Positions 41,321 to 55,748 of a stretch of DNA of 64,000 nt are shown one piece after another (positions within the stretch are counted from its first letter, which is position 1; every line of letters begins with the position of its first letter). The DNA lies in the NCBI GenBank assembly GCA_964016885.1, contig OZ024742.1, positions 46,996,001 through 47,060,000 of the forward strand, in the 5' to 3' direction. The DNA is from Eledone cirrhosa. Lineage: Eukaryota. The notes beneath the pieces were generated by a model. That model saw only the letters and a program-made list of their open reading frames with translations. It had not been told where the DNA came from and searched no databases. Made by a program: the position numbers and the translations under genes.

Positions 41321-41660
41321 GCAGTCCAAATCCAGCCGAGGTCAGCTTTGCCTTCCATCCTTCCGAGGTCTATAAAATAAAGTGCCAATGACGCAGCAGA
41401 CTGGATTTAATTGACTTTCCACTCCGCCAAAATTTTTAGCTTTTGCCTATATCAGAAACCATTATTATTACGTGGATTGGCAGTATCGGTAGAGGGTCGG
41501 ACGCCATGCTTTGACGCATTGAGTTACGGCCCTTGCCATTCTGAGTTCAAATCCTGCCGAGCTTAACTTTGCCTTTCATCCTTACGGGTCGATAAAATAA
41601 AGTACCAGTAATGCACTGGGTATTTGCTCGCCTTGTGCCAAAAGTAGAAATAATAATTAT
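41320..41660 (+). mobile_element. Two tRNA-SINE copies
   Basis: Core CCTTCCATCCTTCCGAGGTC (41350) and a full copy at 41473-41660. Confidence 0.8.
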
Positions 41661-42604
41661 TATTTGTAGTAGTAGTAGTAGTATTTCTTGTTGCTGTTGA
41701 TGGTTAATCATAGAATAAGACTCATTAAGCAGACCCATATTCAAAAGCGTTCTAATCGTAGTCATTCTGCCTTTGTATAACTCAATGTTTTATTATGGGA
41801 TCTAGATTTATGGAATTTTAGTTGTTATTTCTTGCAAGCGGAGCTACTGGACAGAAGCTTTACCATTGGCTCGTTAATATGTAAATTATTGATACATGAA
41901 ACGGAGATGAAGGTGTCATCTTGAAATCACGTCGGTTTAACGTTATTGTTGTCAGTAGAATAGCTAGAAAAAAGACATTATAAAGTATGTAATTATTGCG
42001 TATGGCGAATATAAGCTTCTTTTCTCGTAATATAAAAACATTCGTTGGCATTACGGACGATAATTGTACAATTAAGGAAAGTAATGATTGTATTATGTAA
42101 ATTCTCATAAAACTGTTTTGAGTACGTCCACAGAGATAATGTATTTGGCGCGTTAAATTTACGTCTAATTGTCCATAGTAGCAAGCCAACGCATAAACCC
42201 ACCCACAGAAAATGATATGTAGCAGTCACATATGTGTGCTTTACTATTCGTGAAATTAGAGGCTGATGTCGAGACTGCTCAAATACAAAAGATATTGATT
42301 TAAAATATCGATACACTTGAGTGTAGACAGTCAATCTATCAGTGATTGTAATCACTGTGCTGCATAATAGATTTGGCTCTAGTGTATATCTTGTTGTGAA
42401 GATCGATCAACAAACAGTAGAATAACAAGAGGTAACTACACATTCATAACGATGTATGTATGTATATATATATATATTAATAAAGATATATATATATTCA
42501 TAAATAAGTATACATGTATATATATTGTTTATACTTTAGGCATTTATCTCAATCTCTATCTCTCTCTCTCTCTCTCTCTAATATATATATATATATATAT
42601 ATAT

Positions 42605-42983
42605 ATTTATTAAAATAACAGATTAAAGTTTAAGCAAAGAATCGCTGCTTTCACCCTTAACGGGATCTTCTGAAACTAACAAAGTCAATCTGTGAACACA
42701 GAAGTGAATATTTCAAAAAACGTTGCAACCGGAAGAAGACAGGAAGACGATACTTTGGTTCGTGGTTAGATTGTTTTCCTACTTGGTACGGGTATGTTCT
42801 TTGTAGACATATTCAGATGTTGTTTCTGCATGATGAATATAAGTCAATAGAGTGCTCAACCGAGGGAGCCAAATAGTAATAATAATAAATTTGAAGACTA
42901 AAATCCAAAGAGGGCTGAATAAGGATAAATATATATCAAATATATATGAACCGTAGAGCAAATATTTATTAAAATAACAGATT
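42605..42983 (-). mobile_element. Family A PLE terminal fragments (X-ended 42605-42765; Y-ended 42874-42983)
   Basis: Match 51500-51660 and 51412-51520. Confidence 0.75.
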
Positions 42984-43117
42984 CGAGAGGTCCGGCATTT
43001 GGGATGGGGGGACGAAGTGGAGGATAGATATATATGTAGATACCAATTTAAATAGGGGGCAACCGCAGTTAAAAAATGTACACAATACATTATAGAGTTT
43101 ACACATCATTATTAAAT

Positions 43118-43516
43118 AAAGGGCGGTGGATTGGCAGTATAGGTGGAGGGTTGGACGCCATGCTTTGATGCATAGAGTTACGGCCCTTGCCATTCTGAGT
43201 TCAAATCCTGCCGAGGTTACCTTTGCCTTTCATCCTTACGGGGTCGATAAAATAAAGTACCAGTAATGTACTGGGTAATTGCTGGCCTTGTGCCAAAAGT
43301 AGAAACAATTATTAAATACAGGGCGGTGGATTGGCAGTATCGGTGGAGGGTTGGACGCCATGCTTAGACGCATAGAGTTACGGTCCTTTATCGTCTGAGT
43401 TAAAATCCCGCCGAGGTTACCTTTGCTTTTCATCCTTACGGGGTCGATAAAATAAAGTACCAGTAATACACTGATATAATTGCTGGCCTTGTGCCAAAAG
43501 TAGGAACAATTATTAA
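43118..43516 (+). mobile_element. Head-to-tail dimer of full-length tRNA-SINE
   Basis: GGGCGGTGGATTGGCAGTAT...AAGTAG(A/G)AACAATTATT twice, period ~200 bp. Confidence 0.9.
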
Positions 43517-43849
43517 ATATAGAGATGGCTTCTACACGACTATGATTGTTTCGTTCGTATGAAATCATAAGGAATGCCGTATGTTGTAGAGAATTGTTGA
43601 CATTAGGTTTCGTAATGGTTGGGAATGGTAGTCGTGGTGGGGTCCTATTTTAAGGAGCAGATATCAAGTAGTGGATTAGAGGGGGAGGAGGGAAGGAGTG
43701 GGGTAGGAGGTTGTGTTGGGAGAGTGGGTAGAAAGGAACAAAACCGTTTTGAGTAGGAGGCGGAGAAGTATTTCAAAAGATATACATACATATAAACACA
43801 TATATACACACGCATTTCTTAACATTTTATATTTTGCTTTAAGCAACAT

Positions 43850-44275
43850 ATAATTTGGAAAGTGATGGTAAGATGAAGGTGACGAAAAAAGATAGTTACC
43901 TGGTAAACTTTGTGTTTCTTTTTCGTTGCTGTAGTTTCTTTCGTCCTAATATTTCGGGAGCTAAAATTCCTATATTCCGGTTTCTTCTTTATGGAATTAA
44001 ATTTAGATTTGATGATGGTTGCTTTGTTATTCACAAGAATATGGAGGATGACGTTAATTGCGGATTTAATATTTCATGGAATTAATTTTATTGTATGAGA
44101 TGTTTAGGCTGCGTGTGTGCGCATCGTATTGGTGTGTCATTTATCTTGACATAAAAAGGACACACTCACATCCACAATTTAAAATCCCGAAATATTAGGA
44201 CGAAAGAAACAACGGCAAAAAAACAACAAATGATTACCAGGTAACTAACTTATTCGTTACCGTCAACTTACCGTC
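43850..44275. repeat. Diverged inverted repeat
   Basis: TTTCTTTCGTCCTAATATTTCGGGA (43935) mirrors TCCCGAAATATTAGGACGAAAGAAA (44184); AGTTACCTGGTAA/TTACCAGGTAACT. Confidence 0.6.
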
Positions 44276-44383
44276 AATTTTGCATTGTTTAACCTTATAT
44301 CACTTATCACATTATACACACACACGCACCCGCACGCACGCACACACACACATATATATATATATATATACATATATATATAC

Positions 44384-44434
<51 letters not shown>

Positions 44435-44508
44435 CGTGCGTGTGCGTGCGGGTACGTGTGTGTGTATAATGTGATAAGTGATATAAGGTTAAACAATGCA
44501 AAATTGAT
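44274..44508. repeat. Palindrome centred on (TA)n
   Basis: TCAATTTTGCATTGTTTAACCTTATATCACTTATCACATTATACAC is mirrored exactly at 44460-44508. Confidence 0.9.
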
Positions 44509-44514
44509 GGAAGT

Positions 44515-44742
<228 letters not shown>

Positions 44743-45163
44743 ATATACATAGCCATATATATGGTTGAGAGATAGAGTCCTATCAAAGGCCAGTTGCTAA
44801 TAGCTTTACCGTGTCAATCGTCACAAACAGTCATGGCCGGCATAGACTGGTCTTAGGATTCTGTCGATCGATGGGTTATTGATTAGGCGATACCTGCTGA
44901 TAAAGCTGCATAAGCCGATTGTGCATTGTTGCATAATATATGCAGACAGATGGTGCAGTGCACCTTACTGCTGCATTAGTGCGGCAGAAACTAGAATCTG
45001 GAAACCTTATAGGCACCCGTTTTACGTGTGTTGTGTTGAAGCAAATAACTTTGTGTATACTCTGGTAATGTATCTTACATTGCCCATAGAGTGCGCTGAG
45101 ATACAACCGGTACTGTCATTGATAAATATGCTGGGTCCGTCAACCCTTATTATTATTATATAT

Positions 45164-45247
<84 letters not shown>

Positions 45248-45249
<2 letters not shown>

Positions 45250-45348
45250 ACGAAGGAAAAGTGGTAAGGAACCAGGTGGACCATAACATACCAAAGTACT
45301 CAATACTTAGAGTAGTAGAGTGGGTAATAGGAACTTGTCTCACTTGTT

Positions 45349-45352
<4 letters not shown>
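45248..45352. mobile_element. Minimal family D element
   Basis: Y end TAACGAAGG... and a 7-bp fold-back TAGGAAC/GTTCCTA at the X end. Confidence 0.75.
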
Positions 45353-45400
<48 letters not shown>

Positions 45401-45425
45401 CACACACACGCACACACACACACAA

Positions 45426-45456
<31 letters not shown>

Positions 45457-45469
45457 ACGGCGATGAATT

Positions 45470-45642
45470 GTCTATATTATATCTGTATTTTTGACCGTTG
45501 GTCAGTCAATGGTAACATTGAGGACCGAATAAATTAAATTAACCGATATAAAAGACACAGAAGCGAAACCCAACCAAACAGTGAGTGTGTTCTGTTATTA
45601 ATTCTGGCAATATTATTACACAAATATGACCCTCCCAAGTAC
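45470..45642 (+). mobile_element. Family C arm ending near X
   Basis: Matches 15825-16000. Confidence 0.8.
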
Positions 45643-45809
45643 ATATATATATATATATATATATATTGTAAGACTTTGCCAGGTGGAGCTATTAAGTTAG
45701 ACATGGCCTGGGCTAATACTGGCCAAAACCTATCAAAGTGATCAATGTTTATATATATAAAATTGTTCCTACTTTTGGCAAAAGACCAGCAATTATCTCA
45801 GTGCATTAA

Positions 45810-46400
45810 TATTTAAAATATGTTTAGACGAAAATTTGATGTTATTAAAGAATAATGCTAATGTTAAAATCGAAAGAGAATAACATTTTAGGATAAATGT
45901 GTTAGTGAGAAATACCAATCTTATTTAAAACATAAGGAATTTAGATCTATAACAAGAAATTAAATTAATTGATAGGTATACTTATAGGGATAAATTTATA
46001 TTAATTCATATGGATGTGATAAATAAGAATTAAATGTTATTATAAACGAAGGAAATAAAATTTTGGGATAAATGTAGTAGTGAGAAATACCAATCTTATA
46101 TAGACTACAAGGAATCTAGATTCATAACAGGAAATTAAATTAATTTATATGTATACTTATAGGTATTAATTTTAGGAAAAGATAGCTGTAGAAGGGAAAT
46201 AAAATTATGAAGTTCTCAGTAGTAACATACTAATTATAGGTTAACTAAATTTAAAAAAAACTAATTATAATAATTTGTAAAATATAAGTGTATATTAATT
46301 AGGTTTATAATATTTGAAAGTTCTTCTAATTCTATGATTGCACGATATAATTAATTCTTGTCGCTTATTTAATAGGATATCCTTAGATTTCATTATTTCA
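45810..46400 (-). mobile_element. Hydra-type PLE extreme C-terminus + AT-rich UTR
   Basis: 46400-46295 reads EIMKSKDILLNKRQELIISCNHRIRRTFKYYKPN*; ~175-bp internal duplication. Confidence 0.65.
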
Positions 46401-46423
46401 TATCTGTTATATATATATATATA

Positions 46424-46530
46424 TAACGAAGGAAAAGTGGTAAGGAACCAGATGGACCATAACGCACCAAAGTACTCAATACTTAGGGGAGTAGAGTGGG
46501 TAATAGGAACGAGTAGGACCCCTACTTGTT

Positions 46531-46534
<4 letters not shown>
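46424..46534. mobile_element. Minimal family D element
   Basis: TAGGAACGAGTAGG-ACC-CCTACTTGTTCCTA fold-back. Confidence 0.75.
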
Positions 46535-46575
<41 letters not shown>

Positions 46576-46589
46576 GTACAGTTGTGTGA

Positions 46590-46629
<40 letters not shown>

Positions 46630-46635
<6 letters not shown>

Positions 46636-46745
46636 TAAAATAACAGATTAAAGTTTAAGCAAAGAATCGCTGCTTTCACCCTTAACGGGATCTTCTGAAA
46701 CTTATCGAGCCCTCTTTGGATTTTAGTCTTCAAATTTATTATTAT

Positions 46746-46750
<5 letters not shown>
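46630..46750. mobile_element. 120-bp family A twin-armed insert (HHR arm + Y arm)
   Basis: 46630-46702 is the reverse of [HHR..X]; 46702-46750 is the sense end TTATCGAGCCC...TTATTAC. Confidence 0.8.
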
Positions 46751-46781
<31 letters not shown>

Positions 46782-47486
46782 TCATATGCATATATATATA
46801 AAGAATCCCATCCTTTGAAATTCTTCTCCACCTACTCAAAGATTTTTCTTCCCATTTTCTATACCCTATGTAGTGTTCAGTCGTCTACTTTAGAATTGTC
46901 TATGCCTTTTGATGAAAAGTCTTCAATCTTTACGTCAACTGAATTCCTAGTTGTGAAAGTAAAGTAAAAGCAGTTGCATATTTCCCAGACACTTGTACTT
47001 TTAAAGTAATTCTTAGTCCGAATGAACTTTAAACTGTGTGCCAAGGCGGAATCTTCAAATTACAGATATAATCTTGAGAGAGTCAACAAAAGGCAATAAC
47101 TAAGATGAATCGACAGCAATGCTTTACATATTCTGGCAATTAAGCGCCTTGTATGGGGCCTGTGTGGTATACCGCCATCGTTCTTGATAACCAATATTCC
47201 ACCTGTTTCAACAATGAAGCAACTTGTTCAAGAAATTAATGTGCAGGTGGCTGAACATTCCACATACACGTGCACGTTAGTATAGATTTCAGGGAGATTT
47301 TGCATGAGTAGAATGGAGGAACGTGAATTAAAGTATCTTGCACATGTATACAATGCTCCACCCGGAATCAAACACTACAAACACCTTCACCCTTAAGCCA
47401 GGCACCTTCACAACCGCATCCATTCATCCATACACACATACATGTAATAATACATACATAGATATACGCACACATACACACGCACA

Positions 47487-47639
<153 letters not shown>

Positions 47640-48279
47640 TATAATGTTATAAGGTAAAGACTTTTGCCCACGATGCCCCGGGGACCTAATGGCATGTTAA
47701 GCAAACGTTTTAATTACTCAGAAATGCCTGCGTCCCGATAGGTTTATATTCTATCTATGGTTAGAGGATTTCAATTTTATCTAATTAAAATACGTTATAT
47801 ACTTAATATATTAATAAATAGGAGTTTTTACATAATTAAATTAAGCATCTATTTGATCTAAGCAGGAACATATATTCAGTTAGGTTAATCTTTGTGTAGT
47901 AGTACAAGAGAATGTGAATATGTTTACATCCGTTTACAACATAAGGGTTTCGTATTTAGGCACAAGGCCAGTATTTGACCGGTAATTTATATTATCGACA
48001 TTCGAAGGATGGAAGGCAAAATAGACGTCTGTTGGATGGTAGGGTTGGAATTCAGAACGTAAAGATCCAGAACTAGTGTGACAATGGCGATTTGCCCCCC
48101 CGACGCTCTAACGATCTTGCTAACATCCCACCCTCAAATAATGTTTACTCATTTTGGAATAAGACTAACAAGAAATGTAAAATTGAACCGGATTTGAACT
48201 TAGAAGGTAGAGGATTGGACAGAATAACGCAAAGCATTTGCTCGGACGCTTTAATGATTCTGCTACCTCACCACTATCT

Positions 48280-49110
48280 GTGTACAAAATAATGTTTTTA
48301 TAGTGGATTGAGAAGTTTTTCCATAGTGTATACGGTCCAGGGCCTGGAAATAAGAGCAAGAGAGGAAGATGCTAGAGTGTAATAAACGAGATAAAACTTG
48401 TTTAAAATGGTATATGTATTGTGTTTTATTGTTCGTTGAGATAAAGGAAGACTGTAGACTTATATAGAAAGCTGAGTTTGTGAAATCTAAAATTAGAGTT
48501 AGGGTTAGAGTTAGAATTAAGAGCAGAATTAGTATTAGTATTATTGTTAGAATAGTTACTATGAACGGTTACATTGCTACAGCCTACTAGCTTTGTTGTT
48601 GGTTTAGTGTTGTTCACTTGATCGTGAGCGCTTTCGGATTTTATAGTCTTTCTTCAGACTACGTTAATCTAATTCCTGGTTTTGGCAAATCCTTTACCCG
48701 TCTAAGTACGTGTATATGTGTTTCCATGCGTCCACGTCCCTCCAACGGTTCAGGGTAAGCACCCACTTCCTAATGAAATGGGACTCCGCTATTCTGAGGT
48801 CGATGGTAATTATTCTAACAGTAATAGTAATACTAAATCTAATCCTAATTATAACTCTAGCTCTGACCCTAATTTTAGATCTCACACTATCACATTTCTA
48901 CATCTTTCTATACCTCTTCCCTCACCTAAATGAACATTAAAACACAAAACCTATATCATTTTTAAACAAGTTTTATCTCGTTTATTGTATTTTATTACAT
49001 TCTAGATTGTCCCTCTCCACTCTCTATAGCTCACCCTTCTTACCTTGACCTAAACCGCACGTACAACTGAAAAACTACACTATCCACTTTACATACAAAT
49101 ACGTTGCTTG
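48280..49110. mobile_element. Old two-armed PLE-like remnant with degenerate HHR (48621-48662, minus)
   Basis: AATAAACGAGATAAAACTTGTTTAAAA mirrored at 48958-48986; AGT-CTGAAGA...GAAAGCGCTC-AC. Confidence 0.55.
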
Positions 49111-49127
49111 AGATACACCAATGTAAA

Positions 49128-49319
49128 ATAATTGTTTCTACTTTAGGCACAAGGCCAGCAATTACCCAGTGCATTACTGGTACTTTATTTTATCGACCCC
49201 GTAAGGATGAAAGGCAAAGTCAACCTCGGCGGGATTTGAACTCAGATCGTAAAGGGACGTAACTATGCTGGAAAGCATGGCGGATCCGTCCCTCTACCGA
49301 TACTGCCAATCCACCGGCC
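49128..49319 (-). mobile_element. Full-length tRNA-SINE
   Basis: Near-identical to 987-1172; TSD TGTAAAATAAT. Confidence 0.9.
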
Positions 49320-50297
49320 TGTAAAATAATCCACACCAATGTAAAATAATGTTTGACAAAAGGAACTGCCCTCAGATTGAATTCACTCAATATTACTTCG
49401 ATTTCGTTTTAGTGGTTAGTTTTATTTATGGATGATTTATGTAAACATTGGTATAAACGTATGCACAAATAAGTAATAGAGCTTATACTACTTCAGTGTG
49501 TGAAAATATTAATATTTATATCTATAAAAGTTGTTTGACCAAAGGAATTACTGCGAAAATGAATTTATTCAATATTACAACGGTTTCTTTTTCACGGTTG
49601 GTTTTATTGGCGTTTGATTTGTGTTTGAGATTATTCCGTCTAAGTGATAAAATTTAAAGATAAATGATGCAGAATGTGTAAATCTTCTATCGGTTTTACT
49701 ATTTTGTGTATAAACTGGAACATTGAGCGTCTGTAATAACCTTTGTATGTAAGATAGCTGCAACAGATTTTAAATATATAATTTCGGCCGTTATTTAGCG
49801 ATCACAGTGAAAATACATCAGAAATGATTTCTACATAAGTTATGTGGTCGTGAGTAAAACCACTTGTCATAAGAGATTTTATTTTCTATTTATTTTTAAC
49901 AATTGGAAATTTATTTTGTAAACAGTGTCTAATATTAGAGTCATAATTTGTCTTTAAAAAAAAGTTAAATGTTAGGTCTTAATGTGAGGTGTTGAATTTC
50001 TTTCTTACTTCTCCGGCGATATTCGTGATAACTGTGACACTCTTTTCAAACATGTTTTCTATTTATTTCTGTTTTCTTTCTCTTTTTTCTGAATCAATAT
50101 AACATATTTCAAATTTGGTCAATGTGACTGATACAGTTTCTTCTAATCAATGTATTTTATTTATTTTATATTTATTATATCCGTCTGGCGATTATTTCTA
50201 TATTTGTTTGATGCTTTCCTTCAAATGCGAACTGTATAAGTGTAAATATAACCACTATAACTACTATAACCACTATAACTACTATAACTACTATAAC

Positions 50298-51258
<961 letters not shown>

Positions 51259-51318
51259 TCCTTATCGTGCCTTCTTCGGATTTTAGTCTTCATATTTGTT
51301 ATTATTAATATATATATA

Positions 51319-51411
<93 letters not shown>

Positions 51412-51415
<4 letters not shown>

Positions 51416-53787
51416 ATAATAATAAAATTGAAGACTAAAATCCAAAGAGGGCTTGATAAGGAAAATATATATCAAATATATAAGAACCGTAGAGAAAATA
51501 TTTATTAAAATTACAGATTAAAGTTTAAGCAAAGAATCGCTGCTTTCACCCTTAACGGGATCTTCTGAAACTAACAAAGTCAATCTGTAAACGCAGAACT
51601 GGATATTTCAAAAAACGTTGCAACCGGAGGAAGACAGGAAGACGATACTTTGGTTCATGCTAACGTTCGGTGGCAAAGAACGGGAAAAAACGAATAATAC
51701 GTCATTAATAGGAGCGGTGAAAAACAATTACGCGCAAAGACAGAACCACGTTTATGGTATAAAAGAGGTCGTAGACTAATGTTCTCTTAGGTGGTGCATA
51801 GAGACGTTCTCTGGCAATGAACGAAAAAACGAAGATAATAAGTCATATGTGGAGCGTGGAGATCAATAGCACGCAAAGACAAAACCACGTAAATGGTATA
51901 GCAGAAGTCGTAGACTAAAATTAATCTCCGCTACAGAGTTAAGAACAAAGTAAATAAATACAATACAGAAGTAATAGAAACAAATAAATACATACATGCA
52001 AACAGATACGTACATACACAAGCATACGCAAAACCTTACCGTAGGTATACAAAACCACGCACATATAAATATGTGTGTGTGTGTGTATGTTTGTGTACAA
52101 ATAAATAAATAATTATATAAACGTATATAAGTAAATAAATACGTATATAACAAGCGCACACGCATACCTACATATAAATACACGAATGTTCGGAGACGTA
52201 AGTCAACTAAAACAAGAAGTACACATATACACACACCCACCATACGTACGAACCTGCATACTCACGCAGACGCAAAACTCCCGTATACACATAGCCAAAC
52301 CCTAAATACCAGACTATGTAAAAATTATACGCCATAACAGTCAAATATACGTACTAGAAAGTATACATACCTTCACAAAACATACGGGTAATATATACTT
52401 ACCTATGCAAATAAGTAAAGGAATAAACTTATACTTAGCTCCCACATCTAGACGTAACATATCCACGTATAGGTCGTGCTATCCGTTAGGGTATAACGTG
52501 GGGCTGTAATACAGGAAAGTTTTGTGCAATTTATGTTTACAAGCCGCAATTGCCTCAGATTTTTTGTTTAAGATGTGGTCTGTGGCGTAGAGTATTTCCA
52601 GGGCCTCAGCGGCGCAGAGGTCACGTGGTCTTTTATTTCCGTTATACGATCTAGCCCTAGCTAGGATCTCCCAGTGTAACTTATATTGGGTGTGGTTATC
52701 TTTTAGACTCCAGATATAAGCTGAAAGTGACGTAAAATTCCTTCTTAGAGGGTAGCGAAAATAATGGGTATGCGTGTAGAGACGCTGCTTGAAACTATTG
52801 GCGGTTAACCCTATGTAGGCCCTATGGGACGTGGGTGTTACAACCTTACATTTGTAGACAATGTTACTAGAGAGGCATTTCCCGGATAGGGGGCAATCGG
52901 CCCGATTCCTACAATTAAAGTTAGTACTAACTACAGGGTTGCACGTGTTCCTACGGCTAGGTAGTTTAGCTAAATTTGAAGCTGTGATGTTATGTGCAAG
53001 GTTAGGAGTCGTAGAGTAAGAAATTTTAATAGTATTTCTATTAAAAGTTTTACTATATTTATGTGTAGGGGGAAAATGCTTCGTAATAAGGGAAACAAAG
53101 ATCTTAGCTAATGGTGTGGCCACCTCCATATTATATGGTGGGTTAAACCAACAAATGCGACGGGATCTATTTCTTCTAGGTCTATTTTCGTACTCTGTAT
53201 ATGCTACCTTATCGACAAATCCACTTCGAGCAAGAGCTTCATTGTAATAAGTGGAACGGTCGTTGAAAATGCGCTCGTTGGTGGAAAGACGGGAAAGCCT
53301 CAACGAAACGTTTCTTACCAGGTTCTTGGTTATGCTGGCAGGATGGTTGGAATGCTTACTTATTATAATTAAGCGTATCATTCGGCTTTCTATACGGGTA
53401 ATACAACCCATTCAATAAATTGAGGGTAACGTCGAGGTAATTAACGACCGAGAGATTGGCCTCAACCTGTATAGAGAGGTTGAAGCCTTTAAAGAAGGCT
53501 GTGAGTTCTTTTCTGAACCTGTCGCAAGCACGAGGTCCGCACTTAGTCATGGTCAAAAGACCATCGTCACGGTACAAACCACCGCCCGCGTTGGGGAATT
53601 CGTCCTTGATAGAGAAAAGAAGGAAAAGGCCAATAAGATCAGTATCCTCCGCAGAGTCACTGGCGCCTATACTCACGTTTTTTGAAATATCCAGTTCTGC
53701 GTTTACAGATTGACTTTGTTAGTTTCAGAAGATCCCGTTAATGGTGAAAGCAGCGATTCTTTGCTTAAACTTTAATCTGTTATTTTA

Positions 53788-53795
<8 letters not shown>
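51412..53795 (-). mobile_element. Family A Hydra-type PLE, truncated in RT, with inverted 5' arm
   Basis: YRDD frame 53356-53672 frameshifts into 52479-53411 (FNCRNRADCPL, AYIGLTANSFKQR, LNKKSE..ACKH); 53675-53795 is the inverse of ~51500-51617. Confidence 0.92.
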
Positions 53796-53877
<82 letters not shown>

Positions 53878-53917
53878 AAAAAAAGAGAATCAGTGTTGCG
53901 ATGAATGGAATTTATTG

Positions 53918-54012
53918 GACATTTACAATCGTTTCTCTGGTGACCAGCTCGAGGCACGATCATTGTGATGATCAAACATGACTCTGAAAATCGCAAGGTC
54001 CTCAGATACGTC
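53918..54012 (-). ncRNA. Type I hammerhead candidate in a short insert (53875-54118)
   Basis: GACGTAT-CTGAGGA...GAAACGATTGTA-AATGTC, followed by AATAAA. Confidence 0.55.
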
Positions 54013-54136
54013 TTGATTCTACGAACCAGATTTTTGTGATATCATACTCTGCTCTATGAGAGCATCGAGTGCTCAAACGGCCTACCGCATACGGACGCAA
54101 TAATCATCCAACATCAATTATATATATATATATATA

Positions 54137-55446
54137 TTATAAAGAAAGAAGAAACATTAGATATACCATACCCAAATTTCCTTATAACTCCTCGACTACG
54201 TAGTTTCGTGGCATATTATGCAAAAACACTACATCACAGATATACAGTATTTTTGTGAGGTTTGCCGTCTTATCAACAGGATACTTCATTTAGAGTTTCA
54301 AAACACACCCGCAGGACGCTAGATAGAATCCCGAAAGGCGGAGGGGGAGTCACTCACGTGATACAACGGTCAAAAAACAAAGCTAAGCCCCTTACATCCA
54401 AGAAAAAATACCACAAAAGGCGGAGGGGGTATTTATATCAAAGCCGCAGAAGAGATGGCTAGGATGGCGAGAAGTTTGAGTAATGAAAGCTATCCAGCAG
54501 TCACTACACTACAGTGGTTACTCTACCGTAGGGAGTTATAAACAATATAAAGAAATACACAGATACATGCGAACACATACATATACATGGATATATCCAC
54601 ATATATCCCTGAATTTGTGGTGCCAAACTTAACCGTTGTTGCTCTATGAATAACAGGGACAAAATAATCCAAATGGGTTAGATTGATTCAGTATCAGAGC
54701 TATATAATACATTATAAAGAAAGAAGAAACATTAGATATAATTAATAAGATATACCATACCCAAATTTTCTAATTACTCCTCGACTACGTAGTTTCGTGG
54801 CTTATTATGCAAAAACACTACACCACAGAGATACAGTATTTTTGTCAGGTTTGCCGACTTATCAAGAGGATACCTCATTTAGAGTTTCAAAACACATCCA
54901 TACGACGCGAGATAGAATCTCGAAAGGCGGAGAGGGAGTCAATCACGAGATACAGCGGTCAAAAATACTGTATCTCTGTGGTGTAGGGTTTTTGCATAAT
55001 AAGCCACGAAACTACGTAGTCGAGGAGTAATTAGAAAATTTGGGTATGGTATATCTTATTAATTATATCTAATGTTTCTTCTTTCTTTATAATGTATTAT
55101 ATAGTTCTGATACTGAATCAATCTAATCCATTTGGATTATTTTGTCCCAGTTATTCATAGAGAAACAACGGTTAAGTTTGGCACCACAAATTCAGGGATA
55201 TATGTGGATATATCCATGTATATGTATGTGTTCGCATGTATCTGTGTATTTCTTTATATTGTTTATAACTCCCTATGGTAGAGTAACCACTGAAGTGTAG
55301 TGACTGCTGGATAGCTTTCATTACTCAAACTTCTCGCCATCCTAGCCATCTCTTTTGCGGCTTTGATATAAATACCCCCTCCGCCTTTTGTGGTATTTTT
55401 TTCTGGATGTAAGAGGCTTAGCTATGTTTCTTGACCGCTGTATCAC
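54137..55446. mobile_element. Non-coding tandem HHR repeat (retrozyme-like), ~575-589-bp unit, partly inverted
   Basis: Unit starts at 54137 and 54712; 54960-55446 is the inverted continuation; HHRs at 54189-54281 and 54778-54870 (minus). Confidence 0.75.
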
Positions 55447-55539
55447 ATATTGGGGTCGATTTAATCGACTTTTCCCTCCCCCAAAATTGCTAGCCTTGTG
55501 CCTATATAAAAAAGCATTATTTGTTACTTCTAACTTCAG

Positions 55540-55748
55540 GTCATTGGCAATTAGAAGAGGAGAGATATCTCTGCATCCAGTTATATACCCATTAAATTTT
55601 GTGAGCAGAGATGTTAGGAGGTTAATGGAGAAAAAAGCAACACCTGAAAATGTTATCACCCTGCAGGATGCATGTTTAGGTGCTGTATGTTATCATACTG
55701 AATTGCTTTTCATCAATTATAAGAAGCAACGTCGAGTACCACGTGTTG
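55540..55748 (+). other. Exon-like open frame (host exon or decayed transposase)
   Basis: ttctaacttcAG|G...TTG|GTGAGT; frame SLAIRRGEISLHPVIYPLNFVSRDVRRLMEKKATPENVITLQDACLGAVCYHTELLFINYKKQRRVPRV. Confidence 0.35.

Noticed and set aside
48490-48545. Telomeric TTAGGG array
   Set aside because: Only one TTAGGG within degenerate TTAGAG/TTAGTA repeats of an old insert.
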